Part shown: piece by piece, positions 62,760 to 64,000 of the stretch
How positions within the stretch are numbered: the stretch's first letter is position 1
Layout: every line of letters starts with the position of its first letter
Source: Octopus sinensis
Taxonomy: Eukaryota
Assembly (NCBI RefSeq): GCF_006345805.1
Contig: NC_043024.1
Span: 18,786,001-18,850,000, forward strand
Reading direction: 5' to 3'
Length of the DNA stretch: 64,000 bases
Position numbers and translations under genes: made by a program
Notes under the pieces: model-generated
The model's database searches: none
What the model saw: only the letters and a program-made list of their open reading frames with translations
What the model was told of the DNA's origin: nothing

Positions 62760-63430
62760 AAAATGATAATGATGATGATGATGATGATGATAGTAAAGTT
62801 GGTGGTGATAATGATGATAATGACAATGATGATGATGATGATGATAATGATAATGGTAGCAAGGATGATGATGATGATGATGATGATAACAATGATGATG
62901 GCAATGATGATGATGATAATATTGATGTTGATGATGATGATGTAGAGGAAGAGGAAGAGGAGGATGATGATGACAATGATGATGGCAATGACGATGATGA
63001 TGATGATGATGATAATATTGATGTTGATGATGATGATGTAGAGGAAGAGGAAGAGGAGGATGATGATGACAATGATGATGGCAATGACGATGATGATGAT
63101 AATGATGATAATAGTGATGATGATGATGTAGAGGAAGAGGAAGAGGAAGATGATGACGATGATGATGATGATGATAATGATGATAATGATGATCGCAATG
63201 ATGATGATGAGGATAATGATGATAATAGTGATGTTGATGATGATGATGTAGAGGAAGAGGAGGAGGAGGAGGAGGATGACAATGATGATGATCATGGTCA
63301 TGATCATAAGGGGGAAGAGGAGGAAAAAGCTGGTGATGGACAATGACAGTGCTGATGACAACAATAACGATGATATTGAATATGATGATGATAATGATGA
63401 TGATGAGGATGATGATAATGAGGATGATGC
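62760..63430. repeat. (GAT)n microsatellite with a higher-order ~90-nt unit
   Basis: GATGATGTAGAGGAAGAGGA(A/G)GAGGA recurs four times. Confidence 0.9.
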
Positions 63431-63709
63431 TCAGATCCATAATGCATGACAGACAATACAGAACAAGAATTACCAAATAAATGCAAAGAAATTGGAATCA
63501 AAATTATTCTGGTAGAAGAATTTAATTTCAAAACCATCTGCTGCGGTTCAGGTTTCCGTTCTTCATTTCTTTCAATATTAATTGTCTTGAACACACATAC
63601 ATAATTTAAGGCCATTTGAAATATTTCCCAGGCACGCCTTCTGCATGACAAAATATATAGTTAAGTGTTGAGTAAGGAATGATGGCATAATAATATTTGT
63701 TTCAAAGTT

Positions 63710-63915
63710 TGGCATAAGGCCAGCAATTTAGTGGTGGTGGTGGTGGTGGGGGGGTTGAATGTATGTTGGCCCCCAATACTTGACTGGTACTTATTGGCTT
63801 CAAAAGGATGAAAAGCAAAGTTGACCTTGGCTGGATTTGAACTCAGAACATAAAGATGAACAATATGTCATGGAGTATTTTGCCCGGTGTACTAGCAGTT
63901 CTGTCAGCTTGCTGT
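63710..63915 (-). mobile_element. Diverged family C SINE
   Basis: GGATGAAAAGCAAAGTTGACCTTGGCTGGATTTGAACTCAGAAC. Confidence 0.65.
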
Positions 63916-64000
63916 CTTAATGATGACACAATATATTGTCTGGTTTTGGCATATTTTATATTATATTTCATTGTGGTAAGAAGTTTGCCTCCTAACAGCT

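Overview
AT-rich, microsatellite-dense animal genomic DNA, most likely Octopus (judged from recognisable cephalopod-type tRNA-SINE and RTE families; not database-checked). I can support no intact host gene, rRNA, tRNA gene or CRISPR; nearly all long ORFs in the track are microsatellite read-through. The window is a mosaic of three tRNA-derived SINE groups, RTE, CR1 and R4/Dong-like LINE fragments, Tc1, mariner, maT, hAT and piggyBac-like remnants, a Helitron cluster, two recent tandem duplications and a U6 retro-pseudogene fused to a SINE tail. The main hidden signal is a set of Penelope-like element (PLE) remnants: GIY-YIG fragments, fold-back palindromes in (AT)n tracts, and many type I hammerhead ribozyme (HHR) motifs with palindromic stem III. 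One HHR family (32.7-33.9 kb) has the core GUGAACA instead of CUGANGA, an apparent compensatory C3G/G8C swap of the known 3-8 tertiary pair. It sits on both strands of a ~315-bp palindrome. All alignments and folds were done by eye; repeat boundaries are approximate unless TSDs or termini are quoted.
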